Shown: one piece after another, positions 20,086 through 29,454 of the stretch
Position numbering within the stretch: the first letter of the stretch is position 1
Layout of the letters: the number at the start of each line of letters is the position of its first letter
DNA from: Klebsiella phage KP182
Length of the DNA: 64,000 nucleotides
Sequence record: OM337876.1
Reading direction: 5' to 3' (one strand)
Program-made: the position numbers and the translations under genes
Notes under the pieces: model-generated
What the model was told of the DNA's origin: nothing
Database searches by the model: none
What the model saw: only the letters and a program-made list of their open reading frames with translations

Positions 20086-21554
20086 TTTATTCCTGTTGCC
20101 TCTGTAAAGTCAACACCAAATGCAGCTTCAAATGTATTAGCAACTTCTTTATCATATCTGCGTTGTTTAATGATAGGTAAGAATAATCCTACTGTACCAT
20201 CATCACGGCCTTCAGCAGTTACCCAACCATTACATTCAAGTTCCCAGATAGTTCCTGGAAGAGAATCTCTAATTTTCCATAGATGAGTACGGTCAAGCTC
20301 GTGCAGTTCTTCGGGCTTATCTTTAAGACCTGACCCAGCGTTAACACGAATACGACCACATTCTGATACGAACATTAAGCCGCCCATTTTACCAGGTTGT
20401 TTCCTATGCTCGTATGAACCGACACATTTCAAATCTACGGTGATAACCTCTTTAAATTTGACAAGGTTCTTAGAACGCTTATCTTCCCAATAAGCACCGA
20501 TATTCTTAAGGATAATACCTTCGAGACCTTGGTCTACATATGTCTTATAGATAGCACGAGCTTCATGGATGTCGTGTACGACATGATTTTCAATTAGAAT
20601 AATCTTGTCATAGCCTTTGCTCATCATTTCCAGTGCACGGAAGCGTACATCATAAGCAAATCCAGGAACTTTACCTTCGGAGTATACTACATCAAGCGGA
20701 ACATAATCCCAAACTTGGAATCTCATACCTTCTGCTTCTTCGGCAGAGATTGTTCCTTTAATGGCCTTATTAGCTAAGCCGTTTGATTCTGTACGAGCCG
20801 TCTGTTGGAATTCCTTAGCTTTACTTAGCTCAGGAAGCTCAGGCTCTTTAAACATATCAAACAGGTCGTTTTCTTCTTCTTTCACTTCGACATGATATAC
20901 CAACTCGCCATCAATCATCACACCATTAGGATGGCGTTCTCGGGCTTCTTTGGTCATCTCGATAAGTTGACGCTTAAGTTTATCTAGACCCAGGTATTCA
21001 TTACCGGAACGAGTAAGAAGAGTTACATCATCTAATTCATCTCCGCGGATTTCGGCGAAGCATCGAGCTCCATCAGCTTTAAGCTGAGCAAACGCAGGGA
21101 ACTTAATATACGATAGCGCTTTCTCAGAATAAGCTGATGCTAACATCTGTGGCATCTCAGGAATTAACTTCTTCCATACCTTATTAGCAATAGAACCTGA
21201 AGCGCCGCAACGCATATCCTTAAGAAGTACACGGACCAGTACACTAGCATCACCCTCGTTCATCTTAGAGAGCAAATCTACTAGCCCCTGGATTGCCATA
21301 TTACCAGTAAGTACTCGTGCTGCCAGAATGTCTTGGAGGTAATCTAGACCATCAGAAAACGTCTTTGAAGGAACATTTGGATATTTAACGGGAGTATATT
21401 CTGGAACTTTCTTAATAAAGAATTTAAATCGCCCGGAATACGCCAGCAGATAAGCTCGTTTTAAATCAACGTTATCTTTATTGTCAATGAGAATTTGGGT
21501 TTTAGCTTTAGAACCCTTAGCATCTTCAATTGCTTTGATGATATCAAAAATCAT
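20082..21554 (-). CDS. 30: ATP-dependent DNA ligase gp30
   Basis: 490 aa, colinear with T4 DNA ligase including 'FAQLKADGARCFAEVRGDE'. Confidence 0.96.
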   Translation of the reverse strand: MIFDIIKAIEDAKGSKAKTQILIDNKDNVDLKRAYLLAYSGRFKFFIKKVPEYTPVKYPNVPSKTFSDGLDYLQDILAARVLTGNMAIQGLVDLLSKMNEGDASVLVRVLLKDMRCGASGSIANKVWKKLIPEMPQMLASAYSEKALSYIKFPAFAQLKADGARCFAEIRGDELDDVTLLTRSGNEYLGLDKLKRQLIEMTKEARERHPNGVMIDGELVYHVEVKEEENDLFDMFKEPELPELSKAKEFQQTARTESNGLANKAIKGTISAEEAEGMRFQVWDYVPLDVVYSEGKVPGFAYDVRFRALEMMSKGYDKIILIENHVVHDIHEARAIYKTYVDQGLEGIILKNIGAYWEDKRSKNLVKFKEVITVDLKCVGSYEHRKQPGKMGGLMFVSECGRIRVNAGSGLKDKPEELHELDRTHLWKIRDSLPGTIWELECNGWVTAEGRDDGTVGLFLPIIKQRRYDKEVANTFEAAFGVDFTEATGIK

Positions 21555-21808
21555 TATTCACCTAATTCTTTTGAAAGTTCGCTTACGCTACGATGATAAG
21601 TTAATCCATCGATATAAACAAACCCGTTATTGATGCATTCATTCCAAATCGGACACGACTTTGCTTCACGCCAAATTGGATTCCAACGATAAAACTGATT
21701 AACATGGCAATAATCACATGATAACCAGCGTTTACCAACCTTAGTATGAACTACAAACATATTTCCTCCTAGGGTATGGCTATTATACCATACCCAGTGT
21801 GTTAGCAA
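21554..21808 (-). CDS. Cys-rich small protein (possible zinc ribbon), 30.1 position
   Basis: 'CDYCHV...CPIWNEC' cysteine spacing. Confidence 0.45.
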   Translation of the reverse strand: MLTHWVWYNSHTLGGNMFVVHTKVGKRWLSCDYCHVNQFYRWNPIWREAKSCPIWNECINNGFVYIDGLTYHRSVSELSKELGE

Positions 21809-22644
21809 TTAATTTGGTGGTTATCACATGTAATACGACCGTTATTCCACCAGTCGTTTCCAGGAGGAACATGTGGACCAGGACTAAACGGAATGATAGG
21901 TTGTTTCCACCAATCTCCTGGAACTTGTCGTGGAGGCCAATTAAAAGGATGTTGCTCTTTACGAATTTGGTCTTTGATAGCTTCTTCCCACAATCCAGAA
22001 AGAGACTTCTGCGGTTTCTTAACAGATTCCAGAGATTCCAGGCAAGTTACGATTTGATGCCAATCTTCTACCAAAATTCCAGGAGCAGTGACAGAACCTT
22101 CACGCTCGCCACGAGGCATATAAAACACACGAGTTTCAGTGTCTTCAAATACTTTGCTGGCTGCAGCAATATGTTTAGGCAAATCATCTACATAACAGAC
22201 GATGCGATCGCCGTATTTTACTTTAGCCTTTTCCAGTAAAGCATCTTTAGATTCATCATAATCGCAGACCATGATTTCTGTAAATGCATCAGGGAACAAA
22301 GCATTCAGATTGAAACGACGATTAAGGTTAGCATCTACTGAATTACCAAGAGCCGTGATAGCGACAAAATCGTATTTTTCTTTGAGCTTATTAACTGTAG
22401 CTAAAGCATCGGCATACGGAGCAAGATAACGAATAAAATCACTGTTGTTATATTTCAGAAGAAGCTTAACAGCCAGGTCTTCTTCACAATCAAACAGCTC
22501 AGCGGGTTTAATGAATTTTTCAGTAGTCATCATATCAAGGATATGCTCTACCGGAAGGTTATATTTTTGGGCAAAGTAAGGCAGACCACTTTGCCACTTA
22601 ACGATGATTCCATCAACATCGGTTGCGATTACTGGTTTTGACAT
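21802..22644 (-). CDS. HAD-superfamily phosphatase/5'-nucleotidase-like protein with W/P-rich C-terminal tail (30.2 position)
   Basis: 'IATDVDGII' is HAD motif I (DxDG) and 'VDDLPKH' a motif IV-like element; the C-terminal 45 aa are Pro/Trp-rich. Confidence 0.6.
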   Translation of the reverse strand: MSKPVIATDVDGIIVKWQSGLPYFAQKYNLPVEHILDMMTTEKFIKPAELFDCEEDLAVKLLLKYNNSDFIRYLAPYADALATVNKLKEKYDFVAITALGNSVDANLNRRFNLNALFPDAFTEIMVCDYDESKDALLEKAKVKYGDRIVCYVDDLPKHIAAASKVFEDTETRVFYMPRGEREGSVTAPGILVEDWHQIVTCLESLESVKKPQKSLSGLWEEAIKDQIRKEQHPFNWPPRQVPGDWWKQPIIPFSPGPHVPPGNDWWNNGRITCDNHQINC

Positions 22645-22838
22645 TCGGGGAAATTCCTCAATGCTTGTTTAAATTTGACGACGCTATTTGCGGCACCGGT
22701 GAAATTGAACCAGATTAACCCTGGAGCGTCCGAGGGTTCTATATCAATTAATTCTATATTATAATACTCAGCAGTCTTTAGCATTTCCCTGGTGATACGT
22801 CGGGCAACCATATGACCGAAGTGAGGATTAATAGACAT
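22629..22838 (-). CDS. Hypothetical protein (69 aa)
   Basis: ORF in the 30.x array. Confidence 0.45.
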   Translation of the reverse strand: MSINPHFGHMVARRITREMLKTAEYYNIELIDIEPSDAPGLIWFNFTGAANSVVKFKQALRNFPECQNQ

Positions 22839-23028
22839 CGTCGTTAGCAGCCCTTAATTGAGTAATTGGATAAAGCTCGGATTCTGCATGGATTGAACGA
22901 TTGCCATCAACCCAATTAACTTCATACCACGGTTCAACTGAGTAGGCTTTAATGGCTGAAGCCGTATCACATACAACTCCAGGAATTCCATTTGCTAATC
23001 TTACTGTACTGAAGATATGATATTTCAT
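22828..23028 (-). CDS. Hypothetical protein (66 aa)
   Basis: ORF in the 30.x array. Confidence 0.45.
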   Translation of the reverse strand: MKYHIFSTVRLANGIPGVVCDTASAIKAYSVEPWYEVNWVDGNRSIHAESELYPITQLRAANDDVY

Positions 23029-23195
23029 GCATCAAGTCTCACTGCCCATTCAGGCAATTCAAAGAAATCCGGAGCATCAATTTCATACTCAACGGTGTGT
23101 TGTTTAACGTTAGCTGACATGATATCAACCATTGGGTGGTTTTTCAAACTGCAAGAAAAAATACCAGCTTTAGGTTTAGGCACGGATACAATCAT
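23026..23195 (-). CDS. Hypothetical protein (56 aa)
   Basis: Hand translation gives MIVSVPKPKAGIFSCSLKNHPMVDIMSANVKQHTVEYEIDAPDFFELPEWAVRLDA; RBS GAGGAA; ATGA overlap with the downstream gene. Confidence 0.4.
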
Positions 23196-23205
23196 GTTGA
23201 TTTCC

Positions 23206-23484
23206 TCAAAATTTAGTTATGAATTTTTCTTTCGGCATTTTAGCATTTGAGCCATCACCGTCAGAATACCCAATTGGCACAGTTTCATTAATAAATTCAA
23301 TTTTAGCATTTATAATGTTAATGCTCAGAGAATCTACGCCATCAACCATACGAAATTCAGGAGGGCAATACTTATCAATGTATGCTTTCACACCATTTTT
23401 ATTGGCAGGTGTACCATCGAGAGTATCGCTGATAATGGTTTCAACCTTTTTCTTTCGTGAATCATAGAAAGCTGATACAATCAT
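23206..23484 (-). CDS. Hypothetical protein (92 aa)
   Basis: ORF in the 30.x array. Confidence 0.5.
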   Translation of the reverse strand: MIVSAFYDSRKKKVETIISDTLDGTPANKNGVKAYIDKYCPPEFRMVDGVDSLSINIINAKIEFINETVPIGYSDGDGSNAKMPKEKFITKF

Positions 23485-23496
23485 TTCAATTTCCTC

Positions 23497-23985
23497 TTAA
23501 AACGGACGAATATTAACGTGAACCACAGGGACAGCAAAAGGTTGCATGATTACAACTTTTGTGTCTTTAGTTGCATTCAGGCGTTGTACTTTTGCAAGAT
23601 TAACAGCTTCTTCCTTTGTCAATCCACCCTTGTAGGTATCATTTCCTTTATTTGAGGTCCAAACGCCCCAATCATTGCTTCCATCATCGGTCTTCGGTTC
23701 AGGTTCTTTGTTGGTGGTTTCTTCAAAATAATGTTGAAATTCTTGATTAGTAAGAATACACCACATGTGAGAAAAGCGAACTTCATCTACACTAACGCGT
23801 TTGTATTCTCCATCTGGCTTAATGATTTCAAATTCAACTAATCCGGTATTTTCCGCATATTTAAAGGTTCTGGTAATTTTAATCGGATTATTACCGATTT
23901 GCTCAAAAACACCTTTGATAAGAGCGCCTGGAGACAAGATTGGAGTCTTTTTAAGCTTATAGAATTTACCTTTTTCCATTATCAT
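23497..23985 (-). CDS. Hypothetical protein (162 aa)
   Basis: ORF with RBS GAGGAA; preceded by the GGGGC-CGAA-GCCCC hairpin at 23999-24014. Confidence 0.55.
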   Translation of the reverse strand: MIMEKGKFYKLKKTPILSPGALIKGVFEQIGNNPIKITRTFKYAENTGLVEFEIIKPDGEYKRVSVDEVRFSHMWCILTNQEFQHYFEETTNKEPEPKTDDGSNDWGVWTSNKGNDTYKGGLTKEEAVNLAKVQRLNATKDTKVVIMQPFAVPVVHVNIRPF

Positions 23986-24019
23986 TTCCTCAATAGTGGG
24001 GCCGAAGCCCCAGTCAAGA

Positions 24020-24388
24020 TTACTGTTTAGTCCAATTATCCATGTTTAATTTACCTACCTTTTTCATTTGCTCAATTAAAGCATCGGCACGATTACGACC
24101 ATTTTCATACCAAGTTACATCTTCTGAGTAACCGTCTTCTTCATCTTCATAAGTTTCAGAACGAATACGACCAACAACCGGAGTGTTAAGAACATATACT
24201 GAACCTGTGAACCAGTTTGTTAAAGTGATATGCCAGCAGAAATCATCTGACGGTCCGTCCGGTGTCATGCATGGAACGATATCACCTTGAACTTTAGACA
24301 AAATCCACATTTTCTCATGGACAGTCTGAGCTTTGTAACCGTCATGGTCTTTAGTCTTGATAGTTGCGTTCAGGTTGATGGTATTCAT
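24020..24388 (-). CDS. Hypothetical protein (122 aa)
   Basis: ORF in the 30.x array. Confidence 0.55.
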   Translation of the reverse strand: MNTINLNATIKTKDHDGYKAQTVHEKMWILSKVQGDIVPCMTPDGPSDDFCWHITLTNWFTGSVYVLNTPVVGRIRSETYEDEEDGYSEDVTWYENGRNRADALIEQMKKVGKLNMDNWTKQ

Positions 24389-24473
24389 TTTATTCTCCGT
24401 TGTCCGTTTGGGTGGTACAGGTCTATAGTAACCTTGTTGAGCCTAGAAGTAAACAACTTTTTTCATTCTGCGG

Positions 24474-24504
24474 AAAATAAAAAAGGGACTCCCGAAGGAG
24501 TCCC
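24474..24504 (-). terminator. Rho-independent terminator GGGACUCC-UUCG-GGAGUCCC + U-run
   Basis: 8-bp stem with UUCG loop followed by UUUUUUAUUUU on the minus strand. Confidence 0.65.
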
Positions 24505-24509
24505 TGAAC

Positions 24510-24716
24510 TTATGCTTTCGGCTTACCAAAACGAGAAGCATCATCGCGAAGAACCGCACGAGCTCGACGCATGATTTTCTCAACCGTCTGATTGATACGC
24601 TTGTTCGACCCACGCTTGTAGCCAGCGCGTTTAGAGGTACCAACAACTTCTTTTACTGCAGTTTTTGCTTTAGCCTGTTTAGCCATTTTATCATCTTCCA
24701 TTTTGGAGAAATACAT
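24510..24716 (-). CDS. Very basic small protein (58-68 aa; K/R-rich) downstream of a long structured leader
   Basis: ORF starting MYFSKMEDDKMAKQAKAK...; only the third ATG (MAKQ...) has a Shine-Dalgarno (GGAAGA). Confidence 0.35.
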   Translation of the reverse strand: MYFSKMEDDKMAKQAKAKTAVKEVVGTSKRAGYKRGSNKRINQTVEKIMRRARAVLRDDASRFGKPKA

Positions 24717-25054
24717 GGGAGCACGTTCTTCCGAGGTTCAACTTCTTTCGACAGTTCTTTCGGTTGTAGCTCCCGCAAGCCCTCAAGGGGTACGTTTAAA
24801 CTCTTATCTGTTGCACACCGTTAGCTTAAAGGTTCCGGGTCCGATTTATCGGGGATAAGATATACACCGATGGATGTATAGGCCTTGAGGCGTACTCCCG
24901 ATTGGCCATCGCCTCGGGGTAGCATGCACTTGCCGTTTATTTTCTAGCTGCACTTTGGTAGCAAATCACCGTTGGTTTCGGATGTTTTACGTGGGGATAA
25001 CCAACAACGTCCACATCATACGTTACCCATGCGTACACATGGTGGGCGTACAAA
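24717..25054 (-). ncRNA. Candidate structured non-coding RNA / long structured leader (GC-rich, 338 nt, no ORF over 34 codons)
   Basis: About 50% GC island in an AT-rich genome; multiple nested stems (GGGAGC...GCUCCC closing a CAAC...GUUG stem with repeated CGAAAGAA, GAGGCG/CGCCUC, CCAUG/CAUGG). No tRNA T-loop seen. Confidence 0.35.
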
Positions 25055-25318
25055 TTACTTCAGCGTTACCACAAAGTGGCGAACAGCTTTGCGAGCAGCA
25101 GAACCAAGATGCTTAGCATACTTCAGTTCGTCCATCGCTTCTAAAGTATCACGAAATTCAGCTTGTGCTGGGTTCAGGTGTTTAAACCCTTTCAGAACTT
25201 CCAGTGCTTCTGCATAGATATCGATTGAAGCACCGTAGTTTTCGTGACCGGAATTCCATGCATTACGTTGGAGTTCCAGAGCTTTAGTAAGTTGTTTGTT
25301 CATTGAATCGTTCCTCAA
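25055..25318 (-). CDS. rIII: rIII lysis-inhibition accessory protein
   Basis: 87 aa immediately downstream of gene 31, as in T4. Confidence 0.6.
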   Translation of the reverse strand: MRNDSMNKQLTKALELQRNAWNSGHENYGASIDIYAEALEVLKGFKHLNPAQAEFRDTLEAMDELKYAKHLGSAARKAVRHFVVTLK

Positions 25319-25418
25319 ATGAGGTTAAAATTTGGTGGACGGTAACCGAGGTTTAGCTCGGGCATCCACCGCATAGAATTGCTCGGGTAACTAATTGTCC
25401 GACGCCCAATTCATATTA

Positions 25419-25742
25419 TTATTTATATACGCATGCAAGGGACTTATAATGACAAGTCACAAACTTCTGCCGAATTTCTTTGGGTTTCTTCACACCTGCT
25501 GCTACTAACGGATGAGGTACGTTTCTGATATTACCAACAGGCAGTGGAGTCAAATCACCGACTTCAACAAATCCTTTCGGTACATCATCACCGATAGAAT
25601 AGATTTCACACATATCCGGCAGTTGTCCTTGTTCTTCTTTACCAAGAATAATACCGGAAGGAGAAACAATTTCATCACCTTGTTGTGCAGGTTCAGATAC
25701 GAGAATTACATACTCGCCTAGAGCTTTAATTGGAAGTTCCAT
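25419..25742 (-). CDS. 31: Co-chaperonin gp31 (GroES analogue)
   Basis: 107 aa, colinear with T4 gp31 ('[15 protein letters not shown]...[33 protein letters not shown]'). Confidence 0.93.
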   Translation of the reverse strand: MELPIKALGEYVILVSEPAQQGDEIVSPSGIILGKEEQGQLPDMCEIYSIGDDVPKGFVEVGDLTPLPVGNIRNVPHPLVAAGVKKPKEIRQKFVTCHYKSLACVYK

Positions 25743-25799
25743 GTGTTACCTTTATTGTTTGACCATGTAGTTATATTAACATGGTCAGTTTAAAGCAAA

Positions 25800-26108
25800 T
25801 TACTTACCGATCATCTGCAGCAGATGCTCAACTTTCATACCATTTACCGAGATCAGTTTATCAAAGGCAAATGAGCGCCAACCTTCTTTCTCGGTATCAT
25901 ATACCGGAAGTGAAGTAGTGCTTTCTGCTCGGGCAGATTTAGTAGTACTTTCTACCAAATCAGATGGAATAATGTCTTTATCACGAGTACAGCGCAGAGT
26001 ACGAATAGTGCCATCAGCTTTTTCAAACACAATCTGGGATTCACCCATACTCAGCACAGCTTTAAGTGTTTCACGGATATGGATGTTTTGTTCAGTAGTC
26101 AGTTTCAT
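25800..26108 (-). CDS. Hypothetical protein (102 aa), 31.x position
   Basis: ORF. Confidence 0.55.
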   Translation of the reverse strand: MKLTTEQNIHIRETLKAVLSMGESQIVFEKADGTIRTLRCTRDKDIIPSDLVESTTKSARAESTTSLPVYDTEKEGWRSFAFDKLISVNGMKVEHLLQMIGK

Positions 26109-26117
26109 AGTTTTCTC

Positions 26118-26687
26118 TTATTCAATTCCACAGAATTCTTTAATGTTATACCAATTCAACTTATCCAAATTACGTTTTGGAACATTGAACACCTCGATTC
26201 CAGCAGAACGAAGAATATCGTCCCAACCGGGTTCGTTCTTGTCGTATGTTTCACAGTATACTAATTTTTTAATACCAGACTGAGCGATGGCTTTTGCACA
26301 ATCTGGACATGGAGACAGTGTGACATACATTGTTGCTCCATCAATACTACTGCCGTTCCGGGCAGCAAAAAGAATAGCATTAAGCTCAGCATGGATTTCA
26401 TTGACTTTAGACCATGCAGAGTGGGCTGCTCGATGTTCTTTGAGCAATCCGACTTTTTTGACTTGGAATCCGTCTTGACGCAATCCCGTAGATTTGTAAG
26501 GAATTTCACCAATCCAACCTTGTTCTGCTGCATGGTCACAACAGTTCACACCACCAGAAGGTGAACCGTTATAGCCAGTAGAAATAATTCGTCCGTTCTT
26601 TTCAATTACTGCGCCGACTTTCCACGAGCAGCATTTTGACTCTTGAGATACGAGATACGCAATTTGTAGTACCGTCGACGCTTTCAT
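26118..26687 (-). CDS. cd: dCMP deaminase
   Basis: 189 aa with HAELNAI and PCxxC zinc motifs; T4 Cd-like. Confidence 0.95.
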   Translation of the reverse strand: MKASTVLQIAYLVSQESKCCSWKVGAVIEKNGRIISTGYNGSPSGGVNCCDHAAEQGWIGEIPYKSTGLRQDGFQVKKVGLLKEHRAAHSAWSKVNEIHAELNAILFAARNGSSIDGATMYVTLSPCPDCAKAIAQSGIKKLVYCETYDKNEPGWDDILRSAGIEVFNVPKRNLDKLNWYNIKEFCGIE

Positions 26688-27032
26688 TTAAATCACCAGA
26701 TAAGTTGTGTTATTTGTTTTAACCAATTTTAACTCGTCAGTAGGAGAAGCAAAACTCTCTACTCGAGAAGTACGAATGCCTGTACCATCTGGAAACGGAT
26801 GATTTCCTCGTTCAAGAACATCGGAAAAGACATAACCATAAAGAGGTTGGCCTTCCTTAACATCAACGTTACTGTACAAAATAGCATCATATTCTTCGCG
26901 TGGAATTGACCAAACACCTTGGTCAGAACCAATAACAGCACTGATCAGCCGAATACCATTTGGGCTGATTTCTGCTTTAATGCCACGAGCATGTTCAATT
27001 AAAAGAGCTTCTACCGCTTCACGTAAAGTCAT
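26688..27032 (-). CDS. Hypothetical protein (114 aa), cd.x position
   Basis: ORF. Confidence 0.55.
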   Translation of the reverse strand: MTLREAVEALLIEHARGIKAEISPNGIRLISAVIGSDQGVWSIPREEYDAILYSNVDVKEGQPLYGYVFSDVLERGNHPFPDGTGIRTSRVESFASPTDELKLVKTNNTTYLVI

Positions 27033-27268
27033 TAGATATGTCCTAAAATGTTAGTCATTTCAACTTGGCCTGTTCCAGTTAAAGCCAATTGAGTATGTTG
27101 ATTGCTCTTTCCATTATTAACTGTAATGATATAAGCATCGACATAGTTAAAGGGTGACTCTCGTCGGAGAGTCACTTTACTTCCAGGAACCCGGTTTGCT
27201 ACTTCCTGTGCGAAGATTTTAACCTTCGAAATAAATTCATCATGCGAAAATTTAGCGTCAGACAACAT
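27032..27268 (-). CDS. Hypothetical protein (about 78 aa; start at MLSDAKF)
   Basis: The tracked 128-aa ORF overlaps the upstream 94-aa gene in another frame; the internal start gives an 11-nt overlap. Confidence 0.4.
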   Translation of the reverse strand: MLSDAKFSHDEFISKVKIFAQEVANRVPGSKVTLRRESPFNYVDAYIITVNNGKSNQHTQLALTGTGQVEMTNILGHI

Positions 27269-27542
27269 AAGTCTCAACCTGTTGGGTTTCAAAATTAGCA
27301 ATAATTCCAACGATAAACCAGTCATGTTCACCTTCGCCGCATGAAATTTTAATTTCAGACGAACCGCCTGACCGGTCAATTGAAAATTTAACAACTTCGC
27401 CATTTGGAATAAGCGCATTCATTGCAGATAAAAACTCTGCGTGCATTTTGGCTACTTCAGCCGGAGTAAACTCATCTGTTAAATGATTAGCAACAACTTG
27501 CGTAAATGATACTTTTACTACTTCAGAATACTTTGGAAACAT
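27258..27542 (-). CDS. Hypothetical protein (94 aa)
   Basis: ORF. Confidence 0.5.
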   Translation of the reverse strand: MFPKYSEVVKVSFTQVVANHLTDEFTPAEVAKMHAEFLSAMNALIPNGEVVKFSIDRSGGSSEIKISCGEGEHDWFIVGIIANFETQQVETYVV

Positions 27543-27553
27543 TATACTTTCCT

Positions 27554-28447
27554 CTAAAAATCACCGTGGGCTACTTGCCAGCATTCAACACCGATACGAC
27601 GCCACATTTCAACTACCTGCGCCCTGTCATCTACTGCAAGTTTTACATTATAACGATCAGCAATTCGGTCCCAGAAGATTTCTTCTTTTACCACATCGTC
27701 TTTGCGTGAATCGCCTTGCTTACGTTGGAAGTGTTCGCCTGTTTCGCCAACATGGTCCAACAACCATTTCTTCGTAATACGCTGATAAACAGTAGGGTCT
27801 TCTTTAGTTCCAGACTCTCTACCAGAAACAGTAAGAATTTTATATCCTTTGTTACGAAGCATTTTAAGAAATTCAATTACCATTTCCTTTGGATGGTCTT
27901 TACCACATTTGGCCAAGTCATAAGGAGAACGATGATTATTATCTGCTAACGTGCCGTCAAGGTCAAAGATAACTGCTTTTGGCAATGATTCGTCTGGAAT
28001 GTACAAATCATATGGGTGCATCTTAGAATAGAAGCTACGAAGCACTTCAATAGGAACTGCATTCGCGCCACGATAGAGGTTACGATTAAGCAATTCAGTC
28101 CAAGGAACGTCAAAGCGTTTAATTTCCCACTTGACGCCATCAATTTCGTATGCCAGCTCTTGCCACTTCTTGATAGTTGTTGGATTAAGGTTAGTATCAG
28201 CAATGATGACACCTTTAGTGGTTTCCATCTCAAGCAGAGTCTTCGCCATAGAAAACTGGCATACAGATACAGACTTCTCACGAAGCTTAGAATATTTGTA
28301 ATCATTACGTTTATCAAGGCCAAAGATGCCTTCACGCAAATCATCACGAGACAAAACATACCAACCTGGATTAGCTGCTACATATTCGTTAGCCCAGGTT
28401 GTTTTACCAGAGCCTGGAGCCCCTTGTGTCAAAACCAATTTTTTCAT
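27554..28447 (-). CDS. pseT: Polynucleotide 5'-kinase/3'-phosphatase
   Basis: 297 aa with GAPGSGKTT P-loop and DxDGT phosphatase motif; colinear with T4 Pnk. Confidence 0.95.
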   Translation of the reverse strand: MKKLVLTQGAPGSGKTTWANEYVAANPGWYVLSRDDLREGIFGLDKRNDYKYSKLREKSVSVCQFSMAKTLLEMETTKGVIIADTNLNPTTIKKWQELAYEIDGVKWEIKRFDVPWTELLNRNLYRGANAVPIEVLRSFYSKMHPYDLYIPDESLPKAVIFDLDGTLADNNHRSPYDLAKCGKDHPKEMVIEFLKMLRNKGYKILTVSGRESGTKEDPTVYQRITKKWLLDHVGETGEHFQRKQGDSRKDDVVKEEIFWDRIADRYNVKLAVDDRAQVVEMWRRIGVECWQVAHGDF

Positions 28448-28659
28448 TATACATCCTTAAGAGTGTCAATAAAATCATGAAGAGCCTTAGACTTTTCACC
28501 CCAATTTGCACGATATTTTTCTTTAATTGCTCGCAATGGCTTATTCATTGACAGTATATCATTTTTGTCATAATTTTCAGCTGCGCGTCCAAACACGATG
28601 CACGCCAATTCATTTTCAGCAATTAATCCTTTAAGTGTTTCATACTGTTCTTGATTCAC
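28447..28659 (-). CDS. Hypothetical protein (70 aa, GTG start)
   Basis: ORF. Confidence 0.4.
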   Translation of the reverse strand: MNQEQYETLKGLIAENELACIVFGRAAENYDKNDILSMNKPLRAIKEKYRANWGEKSKALHDFIDTLKDV

Positions 28660-29144
28660 TACATCACCATTTTAGAAAGATTGCGATGCGCCAATGAGCG
28701 ACGCTTTCCATGTTTCTTCAAAAAATTGTTAACTTCATCTTGCTCTACACCGCCACTTTCTACAAATTGGAGTGCCTTACCAAATTCAATTGAGGCATCT
28801 TCCAATTCAGAAATTGCTTCCTTCAATGATTCTTTACGCTGAACAAACTTCAGGAAATCAGGATACATGAATTCTACCATGAATAGTTTAAACCACACAT
28901 CAAAAGAAATTCGTGTTTGGTCATTAAGCTCAAACAATCTTTCTTTTAAAGCGCCAGGTACACTAACACGGACTGTATAAACATATCCATTAGAAATATT
29001 TTCTGGTATAACAGTAGCTTTCTTATCAAGAGGAGTTAACTGACACGACCCAACAGCTAGCATATTTCTGAGCTGTGTATTTTTAATCGATAAAAGATGC
29101 GATGCGTCTTTTACAAAGTAAGAATAAAAATGTGACGGTTCCAT
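28659..29144 (-). CDS. Hypothetical protein (161 aa), pseT.1 position
   Basis: ORF. Confidence 0.55.
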   Translation of the reverse strand: MEPSHFYSYFVKDASHLLSIKNTQLRNMLAVGSCQLTPLDKKATVIPENISNGYVYTVRVSVPGALKERLFELNDQTRISFDVWFKLFMVEFMYPDFLKFVQRKESLKEAISELEDASIEFGKALQFVESGGVEQDEVNNFLKKHGKRRSLAHRNLSKMVM

Positions 29145-29166
29145 AATATTTTCCTCTTGTTTAGTT

Positions 29167-29454
29167 TTACTTGATGCAACGTGGTTCTTTAAGTTCAGAA
29201 CGATAATAACATATCATTCCATTAGCATCTTTAGTATATCGTAAAATGTCATTCATCCAGATACGATATTCTTGCGACTCTTCAAACGGCATACCAACCC
29301 AGGCTTTACCGTCAATTACTTTTACTTCCCAGTGTCCTTCCCATTTTTGAATTGGGTCTGGCCACTCAGGATGTAAAACCGGGACATCTGGTGCACTAGA
29401 AGAGCATCCAGCAAGTAAGCTGATAATACCCATGGCTAATAGACTTCGTTTCAT
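29167..29454 (-). CDS. Outer-membrane spanin lipoprotein (o-spanin; T4 PseT.2 equivalent)
   Basis: Signal peptide with lipobox 'LLAGC'; 95 aa; follows an i-spanin-like gene, as T4 pseT.3/pseT.2. Confidence 0.7.
   Translation of the reverse strand: MKRSLLAMGIISLLAGCSSSAPDVPVLHPEWPDPIQKWEGHWEVKVIDGKAWVGMPFEESQEYRIWMNDILRYTKDANGMICYYRSELKEPRCIK

Noticed and set aside
24717-25054. Tested the GC-rich block for a tRNA, tmRNA, 6S or RNase P RNA
   Set aside because: No GTTCRANYC T-loop or cloverleaf, and none of the conserved RNase P or 6S motifs. It remains an unclassified structured region.
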